From: a virus
Strand: one strand, 5' to 3'
Virus record (IMG/VR): IMGVR_UViG_3300029505_000004
Coordinates: 1-64,000 of that record
Length of the DNA: 64,000 bases
The notes under the pieces are model-generated. The model saw nothing but the letters and a program-made list of their open reading frames with translations. It had not been told where the DNA came from and did no database searches. How positions within the stretch are numbered: the stretch's first letter is position 1; every line of letters starts with the position of its first letter. Below, piece by piece: positions 18,836-28,160 of this stretch. A program made the translations under genes and the position numbers.

Positions 18836-19002
18836 TTTGGAATTCCATTAGTACCTTCACCTGGCAAAGGAACTTCGCCGTTTTCTTGTTCATCACCGGT
18901 AGGCTGCGGGGTTGCTGCAATAATTTCATCAATCAAAGCCTTTGCTTCTTCCGGCTTGTTTTCGTCAATCAGGACTTTTACCTGTTTCAATTTTTCTACC
19001 AT
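18832..19002 (-). CDS. small acidic ORF (56 aa, MVEKLKQVKVLIDENKPEEAKALIDEIIAATPQP...), not in the track
   Basis: Hand translation; its TGA overlaps the ATG of the membrane-protein gene (ATGA at 18832-18835). Confidence 0.45.
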   Translation of the reverse strand: MVEKLKQVKVLIDENKPEEAKALIDEIIAATPQPTGDEQENGEVPLPGEGTNGIPK

Positions 19003-19082
19003 ACAAAACTAGATTATAAGTTAAACATCACGACTACAAATATATTAATTTATTTCTATGTACAGATGCAAAAAAGGGAATA

Positions 19083-19271
19083 TTACAGATTCCAATATGA
19101 CCTGTTTATTTTCCCTTGATTTTCTGTTGTTTCTTTATCGCTTTCTAAAATTTTATTATTTATTATTGGCTGTTCAACTTCTCCTTCTTCCGGTGGTGCC
19201 GGAGATCTGTTACTCTTTATGTCACCAATGACATTCGTATTGATAACAGATCCTATAATGTTTGTTTTCAT
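19083..19271 (-). CDS. hypothetical protein (62 aa)
   Basis: ATGA coupling to the upstream ORF. Confidence 0.45.
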   Translation of the reverse strand: MKTNIIGSVINTNVIGDIKSNRSPAPPEEGEVEQPIINNKILESDKETTENQGKINRSYWNL

Positions 19272-19540
19272 GCTGTCGTGTATTCTGCTGATGTTACTTT
19301 GGAATAACTGATAACCTTGATCTTTTTCGGGATAAGAACCTGTATATCCACATCAATCACGGTTTTGTTGGCATATCGTTCTGCTTCAATAATATCAGCC
19401 CATTTCTCACCGCTGGTTTTCTGCATGATATTAAGCTGTGCCGCTTTTCCCCTTTCTATGTGAAGGTTGAAGTCTGATGATACGGATATCTCATCGGATA
19501 TCCATGCAAGTCCGTTCTGTGTAAAATTGAGTTGTGCCAT
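19268..19540 (-). CDS. hypothetical protein (90 aa)
   Basis: ORF downstream of a terminator/promoter gap. Confidence 0.55.
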   Translation of the reverse strand: MAQLNFTQNGLAWISDEISVSSDFNLHIERGKAAQLNIMQKTSGEKWADIIEAERYANKTVIDVDIQVLIPKKIKVISYSKVTSAEYTTA

Positions 19541-19571
19541 AATCGTTTTATTTTGTTTTCACAAATATAGT

Positions 19572-19602
19572 AAAAAAGCCTGCCGATTAATATAGCAGGC
19601 TT
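19572..19602 (-). terminator. rho-independent terminator after gene 19641..20054
   Basis: AGCCTGC/GCAGGCT stem; on the minus strand it is followed by TTTTTT. Confidence 0.7.
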
Positions 19603-19640
19603 TGTTTTAGGAAATAAATACCATTTATCGCAAGCGTCTG

Positions 19641-20054
19641 TTAATCAAGCATGATTTTCAGGAGATCCAGTTTAGACATAGGCCACTTGTTTTCCTTTGC
19701 CAGTTGGATTGCTCCTTCATCGGAAATCTTTTCAAGAGTTACTTCTACTTCCTTTTCAAGTTCCGGTTCACAGGCTGCATCTACCTTCTTCTGGTATGGC
19801 GCAAAGAAATTATTAAGTTCTTCCTTTTCACTCTCCGGAAGTTCATTCCATTTGCGGGCCTTTTCCTGCATTTCGTCAAAGTTTTTAGGCTTGAACTTTT
19901 CCTGTGCATCCTTCAGAAGTGCATCATAGGCTTCCACATGCTTGCGCATTTCCTTCCGGTTCTTAATTATACTGACTGCATCTTTGTCGTTTACACTTGT
20001 GATCACTGCATCATCCAGCATTTTGTATGCTATAACTACGGTTTTAAGTTTCAT
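19641..20054 (-). CDS. hypothetical protein (137 aa)
   Basis: ORF in the tail region. Confidence 0.6.
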   Translation of the reverse strand: MKLKTVVIAYKMLDDAVITSVNDKDAVSIIKNRKEMRKHVEAYDALLKDAQEKFKPKNFDEMQEKARKWNELPESEKEELNNFFAPYQKKVDAACEPELEKEVEVTLEKISDEGAIQLAKENKWPMSKLDLLKIMLD

Positions 20055-20067
20055 AGAGATATAATTT

Positions 20068-20712
20068 TTAGTTTGCTACTTCTACATAAATTCCTACAAG
20101 TCCGGACAAGTCCTGATATACGGCCTGTTCGGTGTTTCTGGTACATTTGTACGTGATACCATTCTGGGAGTAATACTTTCCTTCAAATAACTCCATGTTG
20201 TTATTGTACGGAATAGGATCTTCTTTTGTCCCGGCATTGGTTTCGTTGATTTCTTCGTACAGTGCTGCCGTGTCAACACTAGGAGGTTGGTTTTCCAGTA
20301 CATTTTCAATAGTCTGTTTCACTTTGTAAAGCCTGTCCTGATAAAGCACCTTGTAATCTTTTTCAAGTTTCTGACTGATGAAATTTTCCCAGGCTGGGTA
20401 CAGGTTCTTAAACTGCAATGCCTGTTCGTCCGTAAGGTTCATGGTGTTTATCTGTGATGCAAACAGCCCTATCATCTGATTTACCTGTTCTTCAGGATAG
20501 ACTACCTGACCTCTTGCAGCTTTCTTTGCCTTGAAGATACGTTCCGCATCTTCTTTGGTGATTTCAGTCCATTCATCGTTACTTTCATTCAAAGGGATAT
20601 ATACCTGTTTAGCCACTACCCGATCTTCATCTTTTGTTGCGGAAGATTGCGTAAGAAACTTACCATACATCGGGGATATCCACTTACCTTCTTGTTCTGT
20701 TCTTATTTCCAT
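20068..20712 (-). CDS. hypothetical tail-region protein (214 aa)
   Basis: ORF downstream of the fibre genes; functional assignment by position only. Confidence 0.55.
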   Translation of the reverse strand: MEIRTEQEGKWISPMYGKFLTQSSATKDEDRVVAKQVYIPLNESNDEWTEITKEDAERIFKAKKAARGQVVYPEEQVNQMIGLFASQINTMNLTDEQALQFKNLYPAWENFISQKLEKDYKVLYQDRLYKVKQTIENVLENQPPSVDTAALYEEINETNAGTKEDPIPYNNNMELFEGKYYSQNGITYKCTRNTEQAVYQDLSGLVGIYVEVAN

Positions 20713-20714
20713 AA

Positions 20715-21878
20715 TTAAAAATCTGTTTTTCTTATTGTAACTTCAAGTCTTGATAATTCTATATAACTGGAATTCCACCATATAACGACAGCTTTAGTTA
20801 CACTTTCGTCTATGTCGTTTGTGGTAAAATCGAAGCTGTCTACTATCGGATAATACCTGATTTCACCGGCTGCTACCGTTAATTCTCCAGCAGGGCCAGT
20901 TTCGTACCACGGCTGCTCATACTTATAATTGACATTGCCCGACTTGTATCTGTACACTGCAATCTTACTACCAGCTCCCAGCGTACCTCCTGAAAATCCA
21001 ACGGCTGTAATACCAAACGTAATGTTGTACAGGCGCAATCTCTTAATATCGGAATTGCTTTGCAGAACCTCACCACGCGGAGTAACAAAGTCGTATGGCT
21101 TGGTAGAAAATACTTTAACTTTATACAAGGTTGTTGTATCTTCCGTTGCCTTCATGTTTCTGTACCTTCCTTTTACATCTTTTGCCATAAGGTGCATACA
21201 TACGGTATCTTTAGGGGACATTCCGATAAACTCCAGATCTTCCGCGCTTATCTCCAGCATTGTCTGATGTTTGGGCTGAAACTCCACCAGTTTGTAATAT
21301 CCAGTTTTGCCCTGCACCCAAATTCGGAACACCAAAGTAACACCGCCTGCCACATCGTATATATCATTAAGAGTAAGTTCAGTTTCTCTCTTTTCCGGCA
21401 TATATATCGGCACTCGCAAACTTTGTCCTATTACAACATATTCCGGCACTACCAATGTGATCATATCACTTGTCGCTTTTGCGTCATACCCGGCAAAGTC
21501 CCCTAACCGGTAGGGTGCATTTTGACCACCCGGAACTGGTATATAAGACCATGGAACGTCATTTGGAGAATTGTTTTCCAAATTATCAATAATGGGTATG
21601 TTTATATTACATGTTCCATTCTTTCCGATCCACCATTTATCTTTGATAGTAACCAGTTGACCGTCCCAGGAATCAACGACAAATGCTCCGGGGTTATCTC
21701 TCGTAAAGTTTACAGCGCCAATATCAGAAGGCTTATATTTTGCAAACATATTAATGTTTGCTCCGCTTTGAAATGCTGTAATAGCATTGTTGTTTACAAC
21801 ACCACCATTGGCATTAAGTGTATCTCTCACATCATCCCATTTCAGGTTTTCGGTTGGTAAAATATCGTAAACTGCCAT
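20715..21878 (-). CDS. hypothetical tail-region protein (387 aa)
   Basis: ORF; assignment by position only. Confidence 0.6.
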   Translation of the reverse strand: MAVYDILPTENLKWDDVRDTLNANGGVVNNNAITAFQSGANINMFAKYKPSDIGAVNFTRDNPGAFVVDSWDGQLVTIKDKWWIGKNGTCNINIPIIDNLENNSPNDVPWSYIPVPGGQNAPYRLGDFAGYDAKATSDMITLVVPEYVVIGQSLRVPIYMPEKRETELTLNDIYDVAGGVTLVFRIWVQGKTGYYKLVEFQPKHQTMLEISAEDLEFIGMSPKDTVCMHLMAKDVKGRYRNMKATEDTTTLYKVKVFSTKPYDFVTPRGEVLQSNSDIKRLRLYNITFGITAVGFSGGTLGAGSKIAVYRYKSGNVNYKYEQPWYETGPAGELTVAAGEIRYYPIVDSFDFTTNDIDESVTKAVVIWWNSSYIELSRLEVTIRKTDF

Positions 21879-21880
21879 AG

Positions 21881-22090
21881 TTATTCCTCCTTAATTTTAG
21901 TGTAACAAGTTAAATTACCTTCGACCTTAAGGTCTCCTAGTACAACAACATCACCTTTAATAGTGACATTGCCATAGATAACACCTTCATGCGGAAGGTA
22001 CACTTCTTTCTCAACCACCTTTTCAATTACCTTTTCGGTTGGGATATCGAGCTTAAATACCCGAATCATCCAAAGTACGAACTTCTTCAT
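21881..22090 (-). CDS. small hypothetical protein (69 aa)
   Basis: ORF overlapping the 3' end of the fibre gene by 38 nt. Confidence 0.4.
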   Translation of the reverse strand: MKKFVLWMIRVFKLDIPTEKVIEKVVEKEVYLPHEGVIYGNVTIKGDVVVLGDLKVEGNLTCYTKIKEE

Positions 22091-25000
22091 AGCCTAGCTT
22101 TTTAAGTTGTTTTTTTAATATGACTATTTCTCTTTCAAGTTTCTTGATTTTCTTATCGGTTCTTGTTTCATAAGTTAGCAAGTGTCTGGCCGTATGAACG
22201 GCAAACGTATATGCTACTGTTGCATAGTCCATAGATAGGAAATTATCATTATCATTAACGGCCCACGGAAGTATCTTCTGTGCGTATTGTGCAGATCCTC
22301 CCAAGTTCAGTCTATTTTGATTCATGCCATGTTTATTCCATCTGTAAATAAACGAAGGTGCATTTGCAATTTCTAACAGAGATAGATTGACTTGCTGCAT
22401 GATTGATTTGTATCGTATATCTGATCCATAGAATGAACTTCCTCCTTCTGTAAGAATATTACCACTAAACCACAGTACATTATCTCTACCTCTAATTTCC
22501 AACTGCGCTTTTCTAGTTCTATTAGTTTCATATTGGCAAACCTCAAATGTCATAGATCCCCAACTACCATCATTAGATCTATATGTGCCTATTCCATATC
22601 CAGTAGTCCATCCTCCAGCCATTCTGTCTTGCCATCCTAAAACATATCTGTATTTATAGCTAGGAATTACAGGCACTGCTTTACACCATAAGTTAGATCT
22701 ATCTATACTAAATTCTTCATTTGCCGTAGATGTATAATTACTTTCTATACTTCTACATAAAATATCTCCATTTACATCTAGCTTAGCGGCAGGGGAAGTT
22801 GTTCCTATACCTACATTACCACCTCCATTACAACATAATAGATTATTGCCTGTATTGTGCTGCAAATATAATGCGGCAGAATAATTATTTATTTCATCAA
22901 TTCGTTGATCTCTATTTCCGCCATTGTTATCGCATTCCATTCTAATATGGTTTCCTGTATAAGCATATCCCGAAATAACCCCATTTACATTTAAAGGATG
23001 ATTTCCTGTTGCAGGATGGGCATAACCTATATTAACATTTTTAAACCAAGCCGTACCAGTAATACCTATCGCCCAGTTTTCAACTCCATTATGAGAAGCA
23101 ATGTCTTGCGTATAAACCCAACTTGCATTATTGGAATTTCCTAGATATAAAGGACTATCATCTGAGTTTCTTATTCTTGTACAAGTAGATATTTCTCCGC
23201 TTACATTTTCGGTTCCATTAAAGCTACGTCCCCACAATGTGCGTGCTGTCTGTAACTTAGTAGCTGATGCAACATTGTCTGTAAGAAATGCAACTGTTGA
23301 CCACGATTGCCATGTTTCTGTAGATACGTCTGACCTGCTTCTATAATATATTCTGTTTGTATTCTTCCAAGCTAAAAGTAATTCACCGCATCCTCCACCT
23401 CTAACACTTAATAAGTTACCAAACGATACTGGATAACCATTATTATACACTTGGTACAATCTAACTCCTGCAGCTGGCATTGTAGTTCCGGATATTGCAG
23501 TTTTATTACCTTGAGAAGTAAGACCTATAACATTTGCATTTAGAGTTACATTTGCAGATCCGTCTAAACTTACAGATCCGGATAAATACGAACCTAACGT
23601 TATAGTTCTAGCTGTTGCCCATTTACTTGCCGTAGCTGCATTTCCTGTAATTCCTATACCCCATGTACCACTAGCACCACTACCCGTTTTAGTCGGAGCG
23701 TCTGTAATTCCGTACCCGGCCAAAGTAGTTGGTTTGCCGGAAGTAATATTGCTCCAAGAATGGTTATGACTGCTAGCAGCAGCACCAACGCTAGATGCTG
23801 TTATATTTATACTTTTAGCAGCAGTAGCATTGTAGGTAAATTGGTTAGTTCCCTCTGTTGTTCCTCCGTTCAGCTTTACCACTAGATTTTGCTTGCTAGT
23901 AACCTCTGAAATAGTCGGCCAACGAGTAACATATGCCGAAGGTGCGGATTTCAAAAGCGCATCCCATCCGCTGTTAAGATCCGAAATAGTAGCAATACTA
24001 ACAGCTGTAAGCCATGCAGGTTTTTGCGCTGCTAGTACAGAATCCCAGCTAGAATGCAGGTCAGTAATATTTGCAATATTTGTAGCAAATACCGAAGGCT
24101 TTCCGGAAATATTGCCCCATGCAACGCTACCAGCTTCTCCACCTCCTACTGCGACAAGTTTTCCGTTTTCCTTCTTTATAGTAGTACCATCTACTACCAC
24201 TCCATCCATGACTGTAGACGCGGAAACCGGATCTATTGCATAGGTAGTAATACCCCCTGTTACGGCTAGATTTCCCTCTAGGGTAATTACTCCGTCTGCG
24301 GTTTTATGAAGGCGAATACCGTTGATGTAGACGCTATCGGTAGCCCTAACATTGGCAGAAGATAATATGTCACCCATCACGTGCAGCTTGGTCGATGGGC
24401 TATCTACCCCAATACCAACATTCCCAGATTTTCCAGTTATGACAACTTTTGTAGTTAGTGTAGGTGTAGTTCCAGCACCTCCGACAGCACTTTGGATAAG
24501 TAATTTATTATTATCATCTGTATTAGCAAAATTGGGTATAATTTTAAATTGATCTCCAAAATTAGTTTCTTTCCAATAGATTCCGTTACTTCCTAATGAT
24601 ATCTGCCCACTAACGTTACTTGACCCATCAAAGTTGTTTCCCCACAAAGAACGAGCAGTCTGTAACTTAGTAGCTGATCCAGCATTACCTGTAACATTGA
24701 TTCCCCATGTTCCACTGGCTCCGCTTCCGGTCTTTGTTGGGTACTTGTTATCAGATTCTGTCTTTGTATAAGCATCTGTGATACCATATCCGGACAGGGT
24801 TGAAGGCTTTCCGCTAGTTATATCAGACCATGCATGTTTATGTCCACTAAGGCTAAACGTACTTCCCTTGGTCAGAGTAAGAGTGTGACCGCTAATAGAT
24901 GCGGCAGTTACGGCATTACCTGTTCCGGTAACACTGACAGCATTAATTCCATCTGTTATACCATAGCCAGCTAATGTTGTAGCTTTAACAGCATAGTTTT

Positions 25001-27020
25001 TTCCTGACACCCAACTTTCGGTTGCGTACCCTGTCAAAGCAGTAGTAAGGTGCGACTTATTGATCTGTTCCGTGGTAGATCCGGCCAATGCAGTCCACAT
25101 GGCAGACTTGTCAAAAGATGATCCGCTACCCTCTCTTGCTTTCAAAACTCTTGATCCGTCAACTTCTTGCCAGTATATTGTATCGTTGTCAATCGGGAGA
25201 CCATCGTAAATTGTATCAAAACTTTGCCCATTGCTAGCGTACATAGTCAAAGCCCCGGTTAATGCCAGATTCCCTTCCAGCATTAACGCACCATCCTCCA
25301 GCTTCCTCAGCTTAATTCCGGCAATAGTAACCCAGTCCGATACTGCCAGCGAAGGTGCTGTAATAGCTCCGGATGCCTTGATAGCGGCTGTATTCAATAC
25401 AGAGGAAAAAGTCTTTTCCCCTGTGATCGTTTGCTTGGTTGCCAACGTAACAAACGTGCTATCTACATATTTTTTGTCGGCCTTTGTTCCTAGGATCTCT
25501 GCTAGATTATCCGTTTCTGCCATTCCGGACAAAAACGCTTCCAGTTCCTTCCACTTGTTTATGATGTTATCCGTATCAGAACCTTCTAAGAAGTCATTCA
25601 GCTTATTAGACACAGCATTTAAAGCCTCAGTAGTTGCATAGTTCTTGCTAGCCACCCAACTTTCGGTAGCGTATCCTTTTCCTGTTACCCAGCTTTCAGT
25701 AGCATATCCATCCAAAGCCGTGGTTAGATGCGACTTGTTGATCTGGTTGTCCGAAGATCCGGAAAGTGCAGACCACATGGCATTTTCATCGAAGGAACTT
25801 CCTGCACCAGCATTTTTTATGCGAAGTACATTGTCAGATCCTTTTGTGATAGTTTCTTCATCAACAGTTACGCCGTCCATAATGGTAGATACGGATCTAC
25901 CAGCCGAAGCATAGAAAGTCATTGCTCCGGTAACAGCTACATCTGCATCAATGTAGACAACACCGTTTTCTTCGTAGATCTTTTTCTTTGATTCTCCGAC
26001 TGAAAGACCGGCAGTGAAATGCTTTAATGCTGTTATCTCCTGCTCGGTATCAATAGTTACAAATTTTGCCGCTACTTCTTCTTTGGTATAAAATGGTTTT
26101 TCTCCTTGAATTTCATACCAATTATAGGTCGGTTTGGTATCTTCGATCCATGTAGGTTTGCCAGATATATTCCCCCACTGTACAGATCCAGCTTCGCCAC
26201 CTGATCCTTTTGCCTTTAAAACTCTGGATCCTTCAACTGTTTCCCAATAGATAGTATCGTTATCAATAGGTAAACCGTCATATATACTACTAACACTTTG
26301 ACCATCTGTTGCATACATGGTCAAAGCACCGGTGATAGCTACATTTGAATCAATGTATAAAACACCGTCTTTTTCATAAATTTTCTTTTTGGCTGATCCG
26401 ATTGATAGACCGGCAGTAAAGTGCTTTAATGCCGTTATCTCCTGTTCGGTGTTGATAGTTACAAACTCATTACTGAACTGAGAAAACGCGCTTCTTAAAT
26501 GTGAATAATCAATCTGTTGATCTCCTGGGGTTCCTAAAACATTCCAAAGCTTTGTTTCATCTAAACCGGTACTACCACCGCCGGATCCTTTTGCCTTTAA
26601 TACTCTGGATCCTTCAACTTCTTCCCAGTATATCGTATCGTTATCTATCGGAAGGCCGTCATAGATAGTTCCTAGCTTCTGTTCACCCAGACCGTAAGTA
26701 GTGAGACCTCCTTCGGTAAGAACATTGTACTTTGTCGAAATATATTCATTACCCTGAGAATCTTGTTTCAATTCCCAGAATCCGGAAGTGACAGAGTTTA
26801 TTTCCTTCAGGATTGTGTCGTGAAGGTTTTCTATTTCTTTGAGAACACGTAATGAAGAGAATACATTTTTATCAGTAGGTTCAGTATTATCACCGACCTT
26901 TATAAGATAAAGTTCCAGTGAATCACTGAATATGTTTGACTTTATCTTTATTACTAACTTATTACCTTCGCGGACCTCAAATGCAAGTTCGCTGTTCTCT
27001 TCATCAATGTGATATGGCAT
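22053..27020 (-). CDS. tail fibre/spike protein (1655 aa) with a C-terminal intramolecular chaperone (peptidase S74) domain
   Basis: Fibre repeats (SGKP(S/T)TL(S/A)GYGITDA, ATKLQTAR.LWG..F(D/N)G, YATESWV). Three copies of IYDGLPIDNDTIYW.EVEGSRVLKAKGSGG. C-terminal SDIRYKSIMQQV...IYRWNK...GGSAQYAQKILPWAV...LSMDYATVAY... followed by a coiled coil. Confidence 0.85.
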   Translation of the reverse strand: MPYHIDEENSELAFEVREGNKLVIKIKSNIFSDSLELYLIKVGDNTEPTDKNVFSSLRVLKEIENLHDTILKEINSVTSGFWELKQDSQGNEYISTKYNVLTEGGLTTYGLGEQKLGTIYDGLPIDNDTIYWEEVEGSRVLKAKGSGGGSTGLDETKLWNVLGTPGDQQIDYSHLRSAFSQFSNEFVTINTEQEITALKHFTAGLSIGSAKKKIYEKDGVLYIDSNVAITGALTMYATDGQSVSSIYDGLPIDNDTIYWETVEGSRVLKAKGSGGEAGSVQWGNISGKPTWIEDTKPTYNWYEIQGEKPFYTKEEVAAKFVTIDTEQEITALKHFTAGLSVGESKKKIYEENGVVYIDADVAVTGAMTFYASAGRSVSTIMDGVTVDEETITKGSDNVLRIKNAGAGSSFDENAMWSALSGSSDNQINKSHLTTALDGYATESWVTGKGYATESWVASKNYATTEALNAVSNKLNDFLEGSDTDNIINKWKELEAFLSGMAETDNLAEILGTKADKKYVDSTFVTLATKQTITGEKTFSSVLNTAAIKASGAITAPSLAVSDWVTIAGIKLRKLEDGALMLEGNLALTGALTMYASNGQSFDTIYDGLPIDNDTIYWQEVDGSRVLKAREGSGSSFDKSAMWTALAGSTTEQINKSHLTTALTGYATESWVSGKNYAVKATTLAGYGITDGINAVSVTGTGNAVTAASISGHTLTLTKGSTFSLSGHKHAWSDITSGKPSTLSGYGITDAYTKTESDNKYPTKTGSGASGTWGINVTGNAGSATKLQTARSLWGNNFDGSSNVSGQISLGSNGIYWKETNFGDQFKIIPNFANTDDNNKLLIQSAVGGAGTTPTLTTKVVITGKSGNVGIGVDSPSTKLHVMGDILSSANVRATDSVYINGIRLHKTADGVITLEGNLAVTGGITTYAIDPVSASTVMDGVVVDGTTIKKENGKLVAVGGGEAGSVAWGNISGKPSVFATNIANITDLHSSWDSVLAAQKPAWLTAVSIATISDLNSGWDALLKSAPSAYVTRWPTISEVTSKQNLVVKLNGGTTEGTNQFTYNATAAKSINITASSVGAAASSHNHSWSNITSGKPTTLAGYGITDAPTKTGSGASGTWGIGITGNAATASKWATARTITLGSYLSGSVSLDGSANVTLNANVIGLTSQGNKTAISGTTMPAAGVRLYQVYNNGYPVSFGNLLSVRGGGCGELLLAWKNTNRIYYRSRSDVSTETWQSWSTVAFLTDNVASATKLQTARTLWGRSFNGTENVSGEISTCTRIRNSDDSPLYLGNSNNASWVYTQDIASHNGVENWAIGITGTAWFKNVNIGYAHPATGNHPLNVNGVISGYAYTGNHIRMECDNNGGNRDQRIDEINNYSAALYLQHNTGNNLLCCNGGGNVGIGTTSPAAKLDVNGDILCRSIESNYTSTANEEFSIDRSNLWCKAVPVIPSYKYRYVLGWQDRMAGGWTTGYGIGTYRSNDGSWGSMTFEVCQYETNRTRKAQLEIRGRDNVLWFSGNILTEGGSSFYGSDIRYKSIMQQVNLSLLEIANAPSFIYRWNKHGMNQNRLNLGGSAQYAQKILPWAVNDNDNFLSMDYATVAYTFAVHTARHLLTYETRTDKKIKKLEREIVILKKQLKKLGYEEVRTLDDSGI

Positions 27021-27645
27021 TGCTAATATAGTTTATAGCTATTGTCTGCATTTCCTTTGCCGTTGACGGATTTTCAAAAATTGAATATACCAGACTGGCC
27101 GTCATGTAACACAAAGCATAAAATGCAGGATCGTTTGATTTTAGATTTATCCCGGAAGAAGGATCGTATGCCGCTTCATACACAAATACGGATATAGTAT
27201 GGCTTTCGCTGTCTCCCAGACTATAATACTCCAAAGTTTTCTTCCCTTCGGGAGAATATGACAATACACACACCGGTTTACTTTTGGTTCCTCTTGTGAA
27301 TTCGTTTCCTTGCTCTTTAGCCTGTTCGCTGTCTAAAGAATAAGCAATAGAAACAGACCTTTTCCATCCGTTCATTTTGAAGGCTACAAGCTTCACAAAG
27401 TCGTCTGGAAGGACAACATATCCTGTACCGTCTCCGTTAGTAGTAGGGCTTACTGATCCTTTCTTTGGGTTTATGACAAGGTTCGGAGAATTAAGTATTA
27501 CAAGGGATAGGGCGTCACCTATACACTCTTCAATGTAATGGTCTATTTTTATTGTATCTTCGTCAAGAAGGGAAGCATTGGTCTCTTCCCCGATCTCGTT
27601 CATTATAGCCTTAACCTTTGCTACTATTTCATCCTTTGTTATCAT
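27004..27645 (-). CDS. hypothetical head/neck-module protein (213 aa)
   Basis: ORF between the head genes and the fibre gene; assignment by position only. Confidence 0.5.
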   Translation of the reverse strand: MITKDEIVAKVKAIMNEIGEETNASLLDEDTIKIDHYIEECIGDALSLVILNSPNLVINPKKGSVSPTTNGDGTGYVVLPDDFVKLVAFKMNGWKRSVSIAYSLDSEQAKEQGNEFTRGTKSKPVCVLSYSPEGKKTLEYYSLGDSESHTISVFVYEAAYDPSSGINLKSNDPAFYALCYMTASLVYSIFENPSTAKEMQTIAINYISNAISH

Positions 27646-27647
27646 AA

Positions 27648-28112
27648 TTATTTCCAGTTAGGGAATGATACTCCCAGTTCTTTTGCTTTTGATTTGATAC
27701 TTTCTTTGTCCTGTAACTCAATAATCGGAACATTGAATTCACGGATAAGAACTTCTTTAGCTGTCTGTGCGTTTTTTACATCTTGATACACCGTTTCACT
27801 TCCGTCCTGCGGTGTCTCCGGTGCAGTGGTTTCAGATTTGGAAGGCTGAGAAGATGTTTCCGTTTCAACTTCTCCGATCTTATATTTTTTTACAAGTTTG
27901 ATCCTTCCTTTTAAATACATTTCGTGGTTTTCAATGGCAGTCTGTACAACTGGATCTGATGTTGTAAAGCTGGCTGGTACTACCCCCTGCGCATTGATTA
28001 TGCCATCCTGAAAGTTGATTCTTAACTTGGCTTTGTTTACGGGTATAAGAACACTCATTTCAACTTTACCGTAAATGCCATATTTCTTTTTATATAAATC
28101 TATTTTAGCCAT
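27648..28112 (-). CDS. hypothetical head-module protein (154 aa)
   Basis: ORF directly downstream of the capsid gene. Confidence 0.55.
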   Translation of the reverse strand: MAKIDLYKKKYGIYGKVEMSVLIPVNKAKLRINFQDGIINAQGVVPASFTTSDPVVQTAIENHEMYLKGRIKLVKKYKIGEVETETSSQPSKSETTAPETPQDGSETVYQDVKNAQTAKEVLIREFNVPIIELQDKESIKSKAKELGVSFPNWK

Positions 28113-28150
28113 AATACAAGGTAAGGGCGGTTTTACCCGCCCCGCTTTTT
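28113..28150. terminator. GC-rich hairpin downstream of the capsid gene (attenuator/terminator candidate)
   Basis: GGGCGG-tttta-CCCGCC stem-loop with a flanking T-run on plus and A-run on minus. Confidence 0.4.
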
Positions 28151-28160
28151 AAGTTATACA

